UHGV virus genome: UHGV-0323165
DNA: 49,085 nucleotides
Direction: 5' to 3' (one strand)
From: a virus
The translations under genes and the position numbers were made by a program. The notes under the pieces are model-generated. The model was given only the letters and a program-made list of their open reading frames with translations. It made no database searches and was not told the DNA's origin. Shown one piece after another: positions 18,349 through 27,686 of the stretch. Each line of letters begins with the position of its first letter. Position 1 is the first letter of the stretch.

Positions 18349-18746
18349 TTATCTTCCTCCCCCAGCCCCGGCATCTTCCCGCTTTTGGATTTGCGGAGAA
18401 TACGCAGCAGGACTGCCACGGAAATGGAAGCAGTGACAATTGCACCGACAGCTGGCGATACCTCAATGCTGGCCGGTGGCTTCATCAGGCTTAACGGCGT
18501 GTTGATGATTCCGGCCATGATTTTCGCCATGGGGACGGAGAAGAACACGCCACTGATAAACGATATCAGCGCAAAGATAGCCTGCTTCCAGAGTTGATGG
18601 GGATCTGAGGTCAGAACGTATAGCGCCGTTCCGGCGAGGGATCCGAGCATCACTGCTGGAGTCGCCTCCGGAAACAGCGTGGCAAAGGTTACACCGACTG
18701 ATGACGATGTAAGACCAACGCCTACGATAGTGAAGGTCTCAGACAT
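18345..18746 (-). CDS. holin
   Basis: Trimmed to MSETFTIV (18746). About 133 aa with several transmembrane helices and a basic C-terminus. First gene of the lysis cassette. Confidence 0.6.
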   Translation of the reverse strand: MSETFTIVGVGLTSSSVGVTFATLFPEATPAVMLGSLAGTALYVLTSDPHQLWKQAIFALISFISGVFFSVPMAKIMAGIINTPLSLMKPPASIEVSPAVGAIVTASISVAVLLRILRKSKSGKMPGLGEEDK

Positions 18747-18826
18747 ATTTATTCCGTGTGTAGTTGGTTCAGGCCCTCGGGACGATTTAACAAGTAGGCG
18801 TGTCGATGATGGTTCCCGGAGCCTGA

Positions 18827-18853
18827 AAATAAAAAAGCCAGCGACAGGCTGGC
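18827..18853 (-). terminator. rho-independent terminator just upstream of the holin gene
   Basis: Minus strand gccagc-ctgtc-gctggc hairpin followed by TTTTTTATTTT. Confidence 0.55.
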
Positions 18854-19137
18854 AATGTGAGGGTAAGGCAATGTCGGCTCTCTGGCCGAAGGGTCCCAGG
18901 TAGTGGGTTCTGTGTGTGGCGATCGGACTCGAACCGATACTCAGGTTCAGCATTAGCATCATGCCTGCCCTGCCGGATAACCGGTTGATGCGTTACTCTA
19001 CCCATTCAACCCGCAAGCGGGAATTGAGTTACACCACAACGGACAGAGCACTGAGCATTTCGTTGGCGCTCCATGCTGCTGCGTGGGTTGGGTTATGAGC
19101 CCTTCACGCCAATGCTCTTTCCTGTTGTGTAGAAACT

Positions 19138-19177
19138 AAAAAGCCCAAGGCGTTAACCTCGGGCTTGAATTTTTTTG
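19138..19177 (-). terminator. tR'-like terminator downstream of the late-promoter region (bidirectional hairpin)
   Basis: agcccaagg-cgttaa-cctcgggct hairpin flanked by an A5 run and a T7 run. Confidence 0.45.
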
Positions 19178-19286
19178 CTTCGGAACGACTGAACGGATTC
19201 CCAGCGTTAGAGATGAATCTATCCAGTTTTTCCGCGAAATGCAATACCTATTTCCTATATATTTTCAATTTTAGGGAAAATTATTT

Positions 19287-20096
19287 TCATCTCGTTACTT
19301 TTGAGAGAATGGCATCAGCCATAGACTCCTGCTTATGGCATTCGGCGACAAGTTCCTCAAAGAGCGGCTGAAGTTGTTCATAGGCCGCCGTTTTCTTTAT
19401 CTCCGCAACAGTATTAATTCCCTCAATCACCGTTGAGAATTTCAGTCTGGCGTAACCTCTTCCACCGCAGCGGTCACAGGCTTTCATCACCGGAACGCCC
19501 TGGCGATCGCTTTCTGCTTTGTCCAGTACCTTGCCTTTGCCATGGCAGCGACACGAATTGCTGATAATGCCCTTTCCGTTACACGGCTTGCATTTGACCC
19601 GCACCACCTCACGCGCCTGCGTCCAGCTCTCCCAGTCACTTGGGCGAACGGCCCGCGACATTTTCGACCAGTATGGCGGTTTCCCCCATGGATATGAGAC
19701 CTTGTTGGTAAAAACTTGTGCCTCTGTAAATCCGCTACCATCACAGCAATCACATTTTCGAGTGCTGGCAGCACTTCTTGAATAATCCTGGTATGCAAAA
19801 GCGCAGAGAACCTTAAGCACGCCTGACCGAGCTGATTCATCGAGTTCCGACAGTGCTCTGAATTTACCTGATAACTTACGTGCCTGCTCATAGAGTCTCT
19901 CCAGTGCTATATCTGGGCTGCTAATGCCGATTTTCGAGAGGTAAAGATCGAAACCAAAGCCGCACTTATGACCGGCAAGACCAAGCGCCGCCATAACGTC
20001 AGTGCCGGTGAGGCTGTCTGATGCGGTTGCGCGAGGAGAGTCACTGAACATCGGTGATTTAGGCGCAAAGTATTTAGCGATTGATTCGAGGTTCAT
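19287..20096 (-). CDS. putative late antiterminator (Q position) with four DnaJ-type CxxCxGxG zinc-finger repeats
   Basis: Lies between the nin genes and the late terminator and lysis genes. Repeats are CDCCDGSG, CKPCNGKG, CRCHGKGK and CDRCGGRG. Confidence 0.45.
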   Translation of the reverse strand: MNLESIAKYFAPKSPMFSDSPRATASDSLTGTDVMAALGLAGHKCGFGFDLYLSKIGISSPDIALERLYEQARKLSGKFRALSELDESARSGVLKVLCAFAYQDYSRSAASTRKCDCCDGSGFTEAQVFTNKVSYPWGKPPYWSKMSRAVRPSDWESWTQAREVVRVKCKPCNGKGIISNSCRCHGKGKVLDKAESDRQGVPVMKACDRCGGRGYARLKFSTVIEGINTVAEIKKTAAYEQLQPLFEELVAECHKQESMADAILSKVTR

Positions 20097-20208
20097 TATG
20101 CGGCTTCCTTATGAGGCTGATTGGTTTTGGTCTGGCTGTGCTTTGCTACTGGTGGCATGCTGGCGCGCTTAACGCTTTCTGCCTGGTAACGCAGGAAGTC
20201 GGCGTGGT

Positions 20209-20853
20209 TCATGCGGCCTCCCGCTGTTTCAGTGCTTTGAGTTTGGCGCGGTACTCATCGCGGATCCGGATGAAGTCTTCACGGCGGTAGTTGGTCATTT
20301 CGTGGGGGCCGTTGAGCCAGTCGACGTATTCCTGGCCGTAACGAGCGACCAGGCCAGCTTCGTATTGCTGCGCGACCGTCGCCTCTTTGGCGGTGTACTT
20401 CCCAGCCCCGGCATTACACGATTTGCACTGCTTATGGGCGTTGCGTTCTTCAAAGCGCAGCTCAGGGTTGGCGCCGACCGTTTTGAAGTGGCCGCAGTCC
20501 CACTGGCCGCCGTGCAGATCAGGCGGGTTGGTCTCGCCGCAGCTGATGCATGGCAAATCGGCATCGCGCGCACGGATGAAGGCGTTGAAAGCCTGCTGAG
20601 TCTGCGCCTTGTAGTACCCGGCAGGCCGTAGCTCTGCCAGGCGCTCCTTGCGGCGTTTGCGCCCAGCCTTCTCTGCCTCTTTCTGCTCCTTAATGCGCTT
20701 AGCGGCGGCTTTCACCTTCTCCTTCTCGCGTTCTTCCATTGCGAGGATTGCGCCGTGTTCCGGGCAGCACCAGCGGATCCGGATATCGTGGAATTTCGGC
20801 ACGAAGTATTCACCGCATACTTTGCACTTACGGCGGGATGGTTTACGCATGGG
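20209..20853 (-). CDS. ninG: NinG/Rap-family recombination protein
   Basis: [16 protein letters not shown]... matches the lambda NinG N-terminus. Basic with a Cys cluster. Confidence 0.8.
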   Translation of the reverse strand, partial: PMRKPSRRKCKVCGEYFVPKFHDIRIRWCCPEHGAILAMEEREKEKVKAAAKRIKEQKEAEKAGRKRRKERLAELRPAGYYKAQTQQAFNAFIRARDADLPCISCGETNPPDLHGGQWDCGHFKTVGANPELRFEERNAHKQCKSCNAGAGKYTAKEATVAQQYEAGLVARYGQEYVDWLNGPHEMTNYRREDFIRIRDEYRAKLKALKQREAA

Positions 20854-21511
20854 AACCACCTTGGACCTGTACCAGCGTGAGTTTTCCGCAGAACACGGCA
20901 CCGGTGTCGATGTACATCTGGTTGGCATATTTCAGGGGCTGGCGCGCTGGGGTGTGTCCGAAGATAAACAGATCTGCACCGGCTATTGCCGAGACAATGC
21001 CGTCCAGCGCGTCGCTAACCCGCTCACGGTTCCAGATCACCATTTCTTCTGGTACTGGCTTATCGAATGCGTATTCGTTGTGCGGGTAGTCTGCGTGGCA
21101 GATGACGACCTTCTTATTGCCGGTAATCAGTTCGATAATCATCGGGAGATTGGTAATCTTTGGCAGAAGGTATTTGAGTTGCACATCCTGCTCAGAATCA
21201 AGTTGGTGCCACCATCCACCGCCGTTTGACATCCAATGTCCGAAACTTCCGCCGTTTACCAGTGCATCGAGCATCATCTGCTCATGGTTGCCACGAACAG
21301 CACGGAACCACGGCATAGTAATCAGATCCAGGCATTCGACGTTTTCCGCGCCGCGGTCAACAAGGTCGCCAACCGAAATCAGCAAATCACGCGCCGGGTC
21401 GAACGAAACTTTTCCGAGCTCATTCATCAGCAGCGTGTAGCACCCATGCAGATCGCCGACGACGAAAATATTGCGCCAGTCAGCGCCATTAATACGTTGA
21501 TACATGCTCAT
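20843..21511 (-). CDS. serine/threonine protein phosphatase (lambda PPase/NinI-like)
   Basis: GDLHGCY..GDLVDRG..GNHE motifs. Near co-linear with lambda ORF221. Start MSMYQ at 21511 has a GAGGAG RBS. Confidence 0.9.
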   Translation of the reverse strand: MSMYQRINGADWRNIFVVGDLHGCYTLLMNELGKVSFDPARDLLISVGDLVDRGAENVECLDLITMPWFRAVRGNHEQMMLDALVNGGSFGHWMSNGGGWWHQLDSEQDVQLKYLLPKITNLPMIIELITGNKKVVICHADYPHNEYAFDKPVPEEMVIWNRERVSDALDGIVSAIAGADLFIFGHTPARQPLKYANQMYIDTGAVFCGKLTLVQVQGGSHA

Positions 21512-21678
21512 GCAGATTTTCTCCTCGCCGCGAGTCGCAGCCATTTCTGATCCACCAGACTGGCGGTGTAGTCTTTCAGGGTCGGGATGTCGGACGGCTT
21601 AACAGCGGGCTTACGCTGACGGCGCGCCGGAACGCGGAAGATTTCGTTTGTGATGACGCGGGAAAGTGGAGTAGACAT
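21508..21678 (-). CDS. small basic hypothetical protein (56 aa)
   Basis: Below the ORF-track threshold. ATGA overlaps at both ends couple it to ninB and the phosphatase gene. Confidence 0.35.
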   Translation of the reverse strand: MSTPLSRVITNEIFRVPARRQRKPAVKPSDIPTLKDYTASLVDQKWLRLAARRKSA

Positions 21679-22133
21679 CAGGCCTCCTGCTTATCGCGCA
21701 GCACCTGGAACTCGCTGCTTTGAGGGATGGTGAGCACCAGGCCAAACTGAGCGCACCAGCCTTCTACCTGGCACATGAAATGGTGCATGTCGCCAGTGTC
21801 CAGATCGGACGTGTGGCGCAGCTCTAATTCAATCGTCTTAATTCCGGTGACGAAGTCGGTGTATTCAACCTCTTCATAACCGAGATAGGTCTTTTTGAGG
21901 TTGCGCTTTACCCATGCAGGCGTGGCGTCAGTGCGCCCAGACTTGATCAGGTAGTCGCTAATTTCCTTGTACCAAACGTGGCTCAGACTATTTTGTGAAA
22001 GGCTTCTCTTCTCGCGCCAGTCTTTGAGTTGGAGCCGGAAGCACTCACCGTTTTCGAGAAGTGGCTTCAGATGCTGAGTAATTGCGCCAAGGTTTCCACG
22101 GTGTAGCTTTATGCCGTCTTTTGGGAGAATCAT
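21678..22133 (-). CDS. ninB: NinB/Orf-family recombination mediator
   Basis: 151 aa with an SLSQNSLSHVWY motif resembling lambda NinB. Confidence 0.7.
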   Translation of the reverse strand: MILPKDGIKLHRGNLGAITQHLKPLLENGECFRLQLKDWREKRSLSQNSLSHVWYKEISDYLIKSGRTDATPAWVKRNLKKTYLGYEEVEYTDFVTGIKTIELELRHTSDLDTGDMHHFMCQVEGWCAQFGLVLTIPQSSEFQVLRDKQEA

Positions 22134-22317
22134 ACGGCCTCCTTAACGGAAGCCGCAGAATGCAGAAAATCGCAGGTGCATTTCTGCATCTGTGACAAGG
22201 TGAGGAGTTCAGATTGTGGTCGCATTTAAGTCCCCTTAAATGCGCAGAAGTCACCGGAGTTGTTCAGGCTCCGATGACATGATTATGGCGGGTTGATTTC
22301 AGAAAATCAAAGGCTGA

Positions 22318-22539
22318 TTATTCTCCGAGGAAAGTATATTTTTCTCCGTCAAAATCATGGAAATAAAATCCCTTGGCTGTTCTCTCATCGAAAATGAACT
22401 CGAACAGCTCATCATCAGCGGCGCCGTCAAAAATGACTTCCGTGACGGAGTCTTTAGGGAAAACTAACATTTCCGGCGATCCGTCAGTGAACTCTGCGTC
22501 CATAACGATTTTTGGGTTCTTTAGTAATGCAACTTTCAT
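22318..22539 (-). CDS. hypothetical protein
   Basis: 73 aa, acidic, in an AT-rich stretch. Confidence 0.35.
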   Translation of the reverse strand: MKVALLKNPKIVMDAEFTDGSPEMLVFPKDSVTEVIFDGAADDELFEFIFDERTAKGFYFHDFDGEKYTFLGE

Positions 22540-22541
22540 TT

Positions 22542-22784
22542 TTAGTCATCCTGTTTCAGGTAAACCGGATCGCTACCTTTCGGCAAAGTTATCGACTTCT
22601 GGCGATAAAACTTAAGGCGATCAAGGAAGTAATCCCTCAAATGCTCGGGCTGCTCCCGCATCACCACTTCAGTGATAACCGGCATGTTCAGGCGCTCTTT
22701 GTACGCCACCCCGGACGCGGCTAGATCAACGTTAACCTTATCACGTTCATCGTCACTTTTAGCTGCTAAGTTATGTTCTGACAT
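22542..22784 (-). CDS. hypothetical protein
   Basis: 80 aa, taking the MSEHNL start. Confidence 0.35.
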   Translation of the reverse strand: MSEHNLAAKSDDERDKVNVDLAASGVAYKERLNMPVITEVVMREQPEHLRDYFLDRLKFYRQKSITLPKGSDPVYLKQDD

Positions 22785-23049
22785 GGAATCCTTTAAGGTA
22801 GGCAATATGCGTGGAATATTTTTAGACAGTAAACCGTGTAGTGAAGAAAACAGCAGATCGAAGCATCTCGTACAGTTCGATGATGGATCTTACAGCGTTT
22901 TGTATAGCTCAAACGATATAATTTTCAAAAAAGGTGAAAAATTTAGCAGTGATGACGGCCACTGGAAATCTGATGATTTTGGTAGTTTTCAGATAGTAGC
23001 GATCCCTAAAATGTCAGAGGAAGATGCAAATAGAGAGTTTGAACGATAG
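22783..23049 (+). CDS. hypothetical moron protein on the opposite strand within the nin region
   Basis: 88 aa ([11 protein letters not shown]...). AT-rich. Followed by a perfect hairpin terminator. It is the only plus-strand gene in a minus-strand block. Confidence 0.45.
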   Translation: MESFKVGNMRGIFLDSKPCSEENSRSKHLVQFDDGSYSVLYSSNDIIFKKGEKFSSDDGHWKSDDFGSFQIVAIPKMSEEDANREFER

Positions 23050-23073
23050 GCCTCTTTTGAGGCCTATTTGTTA
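23048..23073 (+). terminator. rho-independent terminator
   Basis: aggcctc-tttt-gaggcct hairpin followed by ATTTGTT. Confidence 0.6.
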
Positions 23074-23086
23074 TGCGTCGAATGGG

Positions 23087-23389
23087 TTAGGCATGGATGT
23101 TCACCTTGATAGCGAAAACCCTGACCGGGTCAGGCCCGAAGTGCGGGTGTGTTATCATCTTCACTTCGTAGCCAGCATACGGGACGTCGATGCGCTTGCT
23201 CGCGTCATCACGCTTCGGATAGCCACGAGTAATTATCAGGCGGTCGAAGCGACGCGGTAATTGCTGGTTATGACCATGAGATAGCCTGCGGCACCAGTAC
23301 GGATTTACCAGGCGATACTCTTCTGTTTTCTCGCCTGCCTTCATCAGGTCGAAGTATTCACCGTTAACAGCCAGTTGCAGGTTAGCCAT
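23087..23389 (-). CDS. ASCH-domain-like protein
   Basis: About 100 aa with a GxKxxExR-type N-terminus (MKAGEKTEEYRL). GGAGGT RBS. Confidence 0.45.
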   Translation of the reverse strand: MANLQLAVNGEYFDLMKAGEKTEEYRLVNPYWCRRLSHGHNQQLPRRFDRLIITRGYPKRDDASKRIDVPYAGYEVKMITHPHFGPDPVRVFAIKVNIHA

Positions 23390-24081
23390 CACTTCACCTC
23401 CTGCTGCGGTCCTTCTGGCAGTGGCATCCAGTGGGTTACGGTTATTGGATGGTATTCAATGCCGTAGTTCTGCTCGTAAACCTGCGCGTACCATCCCACA
23501 TCTCTTTTATCGAATTTCCCGTACTGAGCAACATGCAACTCAACACCGAAATCCTTACGTGGCCAGATAAAAACGAAATCATCGTTCTCCGGCATCCGCT
23601 CACTGCAAGCCACCCAACCATCCGGAATCGCCGGAGAGTTGCCGCATTGCGCCGGAGAGATGCAGTTTTGCGCCGGGCGGCAACCGGAGTGCGCCGGAGA
23701 ATTGCCATCGGCACCCTGAAGCATGGCGGCGCGATAGGCGTTCCAGCCGACAGCTTTTCCGTGTTCAAACGCGCTGTCAAAGTCATCATCCATTTCCATC
23801 GCAGCGGGCACAGATACCGGCGCTGGCGGGGCGGTGTAAAGCGGCGTTACTTCTCGCAGCGGGTCGACGTAAGCATTGCCACTATCGAAGCTGACGTTGT
23901 TTTTTGCGCCGCCGCCTGACAGTAGCCACGCCACAGGCTCCGCTTCGAGCGATGCCAGCGCGATACGCATTGCCGCTAGCGTGTTGCTGTCGTCTTCGTC
24001 AAGACCGAACGGCATTTCATCGCGGGCAGCTTCCATGTCGGCAATTTTCTGATTCAGCCATTGTTTGGAAATAGTGCTCAT
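23389..24081 (-). CDS. hypothetical protein with DUF551-like C-terminal domain
   Basis: 230 aa. The C-terminus is Trp-rich (WVACSERMPENDDFVFIW...HWMPLPE). Confidence 0.45.
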   Translation of the reverse strand: MSTISKQWLNQKIADMEAARDEMPFGLDEDDSNTLAAMRIALASLEAEPVAWLLSGGGAKNNVSFDSGNAYVDPLREVTPLYTAPPAPVSVPAAMEMDDDFDSAFEHGKAVGWNAYRAAMLQGADGNSPAHSGCRPAQNCISPAQCGNSPAIPDGWVACSERMPENDDFVFIWPRKDFGVELHVAQYGKFDKRDVGWYAQVYEQNYGIEYHPITVTHWMPLPEGPQQEVK

Positions 24082-24611
24082 GATGCCTCTCCTTTACCGG
24101 CTGCGGCGACCGGCATATCGCACATGTTTGTCGGATGCGGGTTTTCGCGAATAATTCGAGCCATTCGTGCCGCCGGGGTTTCTGTCTCTTCGTTGAATTC
24201 ACGAATTACAGCCGCCAGCTTTTCGGCGTCAGCAGGTGAAATATCACCATCGATAAACATAACTGGCTTACCCTGCGTCGCCTCCAGCTCAGCAATCCGT
24301 TTGCGTGCCGCTGTGAGTTCTGCCATGTGCTCACGGAGGCTGTCAGTTGCTGCTTCCAGCTTGTCCCAATCAGGATTGAAGTTTGCCAGCTGCGCTAGCT
24401 GGTCTTTCAAAAAGCTGATGCTCTTGTCTTTGGCTTCCAGCTCATCCAGCAGCGCAAGCATCCGTTTCGCAATGGCTACTTCGTCAGGGAACTCCTTTTG
24501 CCATGCTTCATTGAGTAATTTGCTACTGACAGGGTTCATACTGAAACGCTCAACCATGAGCGTGGCCAGTTCTTTTGTCATTGCAAATGCGCGTTTGTCG
24601 ATGTTGCTCAT
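24078..24611 (-). CDS. hypothetical coiled-coil protein
   Basis: 177 aa in an ATGA-coupled chain of genes. Confidence 0.45.
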   Translation of the reverse strand: MSNIDKRAFAMTKELATLMVERFSMNPVSSKLLNEAWQKEFPDEVAIAKRMLALLDELEAKDKSISFLKDQLAQLANFNPDWDKLEAATDSLREHMAELTAARKRIAELEATQGKPVMFIDGDISPADAEKLAAVIREFNEETETPAARMARIIRENPHPTNMCDMPVAAAGKGEAS

Positions 24612-24856
24612 TGGGCGGCCTCCATTTCAGGTAACTCAGAAAGCTGTTGAAACCCCTCTTCGAGTTCGCAAAATTCTATCGAACCAGTGAATTCAGGCTC
24701 ATTAAGCTTCAGACGAACATAATCAGCCGATGCAGGATCTAGAGTCACAGTCCACCAACCATATTCATCTCTGCTGGCACCGCTTCCGTCGTACTCGACA
24801 TCAGCGGCAAGGCCTTTCTCTTTCAGGATTTTGTTAATTTTTCGACGAGTACTCAT
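24608..24856 (-). CDS. hypothetical protein
   Basis: 82 aa, coupled to its neighbours. Confidence 0.4.
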   Translation of the reverse strand: MSTRRKINKILKEKGLAADVEYDGSGASRDEYGWWTVTLDPASADYVRLKLNEPEFTGSIEFCELEEGFQQLSELPEMEAAQ

Positions 24857-25371
24857 GACTGCACTCCTTTGCGAAGCTCTGATGCGAGGTCACCGCAGAT
24901 AGTTGCTGCTGCATCAAGCCCGACCATTTCATCTTGATAGCAATTAATAATTGCGTTGCTAATTTTCAGGCAAGCTTCATCAAATGCGCTGGCCCGCACT
25001 TCAGCCAGGAAGGATTCGGTGTCAGGGGTTTCTACGCGGAAATAGACCGGATCGCCGTCTTCAAAGTTACCTGGGTCATAAACCAGATTTTCATGGTCAT
25101 CTTGGCTGTAGACTTCCTGACGGATAAGTCCGTGCTTGAGAGCCAGCTCCTCAATATCAGCACCATCAGCGGAACCACCTTGCCAAGCGATAGAAAGCAA
25201 GGCATCGACAAACGCATTCAGCCCCGCATTCTCCGCAGCCAGCGCCGCGCATCTGGCTTCAAATGCGGCGTAGTCTTCGTAATCAACCATATCGCCTTCA
25301 GCACTCTCTACCACGTCGCAATGGCACGCATGCTCATCACAGGCCACCCACTCATAACGTTTCACGTTCAT
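24853..25371 (-). CDS. hypothetical acidic protein
   Basis: Trimmed to MNVKRYEW (25371), which has GGGGGAGGG upstream. Contains a CDEHACHCD motif. Confidence 0.45.
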   Translation of the reverse strand: MNVKRYEWVACDEHACHCDVVESAEGDMVDYEDYAAFEARCAALAAENAGLNAFVDALLSIAWQGGSADGADIEELALKHGLIRQEVYSQDDHENLVYDPGNFEDGDPVYFRVETPDTESFLAEVRASAFDEACLKISNAIINCYQDEMVGLDAAATICGDLASELRKGVQS

Positions 25372-25712
25372 ACCCCTACCCTCCCCCAAACCATCAATAC
25401 TCGCTTCATCGCCGCGCTGTTCCGGCACTCCTGGCAGATCACGTTCGTATCTGTGCGCTGCACCAACTTCGAATTCCCCTTCGGCATGGCCGGTATGGTT
25501 TCCGGTGCGTATTTCATGCCGTAGCTGGTCAGCCGATAAAGCCGCTGGCCATGCTTACCTTCGAACTCGATCAGGCCGTCTGCAAACAACGTGCTTAACG
25601 GGCCGGAAATCTTTTTGGTGGTCATGCCGATCATGGTGGCAATACGCCCACTGTTCAGGCCCGGGTTATTACGCAGGGCTGCAAGAATCTGCCCACGAAT
25701 TGTTATGGTCAT
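25368..25712 (-). CDS. putative winged-helix DNA-binding protein
   Basis: 114 aa with a wHTH-like N-terminus and a CQEC motif, immediately after the DnaC-like gene. Confidence 0.4.
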   Translation of the reverse strand: MTITIRGQILAALRNNPGLNSGRIATMIGMTTKKISGPLSTLFADGLIEFEGKHGQRLYRLTSYGMKYAPETIPAMPKGNSKLVQRTDTNVICQECRNSAAMKRVLMVWGRVGV

Positions 25713-26563
25713 GCTGACCCCTTAGAACGGTAAGAATCCCACGTGAATGACAGAGTGCACCCGCCGCCATCGCTCATGCGATCAAGAACTCGTTCGCCGA
25801 TGAATGCAGCCAGTTCTTCCCGGGTCTGGTTGCTGATCAGGATGGTTGGCTTCATCCGCTCATAACGGGTGTTGATGATTTCGAACATGATCAACTTCTC
25901 GGCGTCGCTTCCGAACTGCACGCCGACCTCATCGATAATCAGCAGGTCGGGCTTCGTGAAGTAACGGATAACTTCGTCTTCAGTACGGCTTGACCCCTTC
26001 GACCAGGTTGACTTGTACTCCCTGGCAATTTTCAGCGCGGTGGTGAACACAGCTGAGCTTTGGTGCTCGGTGATTGCATGCCGGGCGATAGCCAATGCGA
26101 GGTGGTTCTTGCCAGTTCCAGGCTTGCCACACATCACCAGGCCGCCACCCTTCTGCAAACGCTCAGGCCAGCGGCTGGCGTATGCCTGACAGACCTTCAG
26201 GGCGCGTTTCGCTTCTTCGTTCACCGGTTCATAATTCTCCAGTGAACAGGATTCAAACCTGGCCGGGATGCTCAGTCCATCCAGCAGGCGCTCGATGTTT
26301 CTTTTGCGGGCTGCTTCGTTGATGCTAATTCTTTCCGCCTGCAAGCGGCCTAACTCCTCTTTGAGGCATTCAGGGCAGCAGCTTGGGCGCGGGGGAATTT
26401 TCACGACTGAGTTTAAGAAATGCCTGGTCCTGCATTCAAAGGGGCCATGCGTTTCGCAGTTCTCGGTGCTGATAGTTAGCTCGATATCTTCATGCTGAAC
26501 TGGCGGCTGGCTCAGCTCAGCAATGCGTTTCTCAAGTTGATTGATTTTTTCATCCAGCGTCAT
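25709..26563 (-). CDS. DnaC-like helicase loader (IstB-like AAA+ ATPase)
   Basis: Walker A motif GKPGTGKNHLA, Walker B LLIIDEVG, zinc-ribbon-like N-terminus. Start MTLDEK at 26563 has a GAGGGA RBS directly after the O-like gene stop. Confidence 0.85.
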   Translation of the reverse strand: MTLDEKINQLEKRIAELSQPPVQHEDIELTISTENCETHGPFECRTRHFLNSVVKIPPRPSCCPECLKEELGRLQAERISINEAARKRNIERLLDGLSIPARFESCSLENYEPVNEEAKRALKVCQAYASRWPERLQKGGGLVMCGKPGTGKNHLALAIARHAITEHQSSAVFTTALKIAREYKSTWSKGSSRTEDEVIRYFTKPDLLIIDEVGVQFGSDAEKLIMFEIINTRYERMKPTILISNQTREELAAFIGERVLDRMSDGGGCTLSFTWDSYRSKGSA

Positions 26564-26565
26564 GA

Positions 26566-27420
26566 TCAGTCCCTCGCCCATGCAGGAATTTCAGTCTGGC
26601 CGTAGTCTTTGCCAGCAAAGTTCTCAGATACGCGAGACTGCGCGCGAGGCGGCTGCTTGGCTGTCTTTGGCTCAAACAAACCCTGCCAGCCATTCGCGAT
26701 GCTCTGGTTGATGATTTCTTCAGGCTGGTATCCGCTGCACTTGCAACGCTCAAGCAGGTTGATGGCCTGGGTTACCGTCTGCTGAGACTTAATCGGTTTC
26801 TTCAGGTCGCGACGATAATCGACCCATGACTTCCAGACTGAAACTGACAGCCATTCAGGAAGCTCGACACCAGCCGGATCGAACGGAACCGGTTTGGGGG
26901 ATTTAGGGGGTTTATTAATATTGTCTTTATTGTCTTTTGTATGTTTGTCTTTTGTGTTTACCTGATTTGGGTAAGTGTCGTTACCTGATTCGGGTAAACA
27001 TTCCTTACCTGATTCAGGTAAATTTACCTCTTTCAGGTAACGTTTATTTTCATTACCGGTTTTGGGTAATTTCACCCATTCACTAACCGTTTTGTTAATG
27101 CCGACAGAACGTCCGATTTGGGTGAATACTCCACGCTTCACTAACGAGCTTTTAGCAGCAGAGCATTTGTGCGGAAGAATGCCGGTAAGGGCAGATAACT
27201 GATCGTTACTAACCCAGTCAGCTTTTTTGTTGAAACCGTATGTTTTACGCATTACAGCCATGAAGACCAGCAACTGATGCTGAGACAATCCAGCCAGCAT
27301 GACAGCCTCCAGAAGTTCATTGGCAATACGCGTATAGCCATCATCAAGATCTGCCACGCGCGGCTCCACGACCTGCAAATCAGGCCTGATTGGTGAGATA
27401 TTGTTAATTGCTAAGTTCAT
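26566..27420 (-). CDS. replication initiator (lambda O-like) carrying internal origin iterons
   Basis: Trimmed to MNLAINN (27420), which has a GGGGAGG RBS. The coding sequence contains five 17-bp iterons. Basic Lys/Pro-rich linker and C-terminal domain. Confidence 0.7.
   Translation of the reverse strand: MNLAINNISPIRPDLQVVEPRVADLDDGYTRIANELLEAVMLAGLSQHQLLVFMAVMRKTYGFNKKADWVSNDQLSALTGILPHKCSAAKSSLVKRGVFTQIGRSVGINKTVSEWVKLPKTGNENKRYLKEVNLPESGKECLPESGNDTYPNQVNTKDKHTKDNKDNINKPPKSPKPVPFDPAGVELPEWLSVSVWKSWVDYRRDLKKPIKSQQTVTQAINLLERCKCSGYQPEEIINQSIANGWQGLFEPKTAKQPPRAQSRVSENFAGKDYGQTEIPAWARD
26958..27069. repeat. five 17-bp iterons TTACC-N7-GGTAA (putative phage origin)
   Basis: ttacctgatttgggtaa, ttacctgattcgggtaa, ttacctgattcaggtaa, ttacctctttcaggtaa and ttaccggttttgggtaa at 26958, 26981, 27005, 27024 and 27053. 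An AT-rich stretch follows. Confidence 0.6.
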
Positions 27421-27598
27421 CTGCAGCCTCCCCGCCTTTCTTGAAGATAATTTCGACACAAAGCAGAATGCAGTTATCGCAGATAGCAACGCCTGGACCG
27501 GCAACTATGGTTTTCACGTCGCTATCAATATTGCTTCTGTCGCAGAAAGAGCATTTATGAGTTGCGTGCTGATTTGCCTTTTCGTTTATTGCTGGCAT
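27404..27598 (-). CDS. small protein with ClpX-type C4 zinc-finger (ClpX_ZB-like) domain
   Basis: CSFCDR...[16 protein letters not shown] matches the ClpX N-terminal zinc-binding domain pattern. Start MPAINEK at 27598 has GGGAG upstream. Confidence 0.5.
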   Translation of the reverse strand: MPAINEKANQHATHKCSFCDRSNIDSDVKTIVAGPGVAICDNCILLCVEIIFKKGGEAADELSN

Positions 27599-27686
27599 AC
27601 TTACTCCCGTTACTTGGCGTAACACAGTGTGATAAGGGCCTTTGAAGTGACCGCTTCAAGGGCTTTCGCTTTTTTGGTAGTACCCA

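Noticed and set aside
18905-19040. Complete tRNA gene between Q and the holin gene
   Set aside because: Only a T-arm plus acceptor-like 3' strand is present. The best 5' partner lies about 125 nt away, and no D-arm or anticodon arm could be folded.
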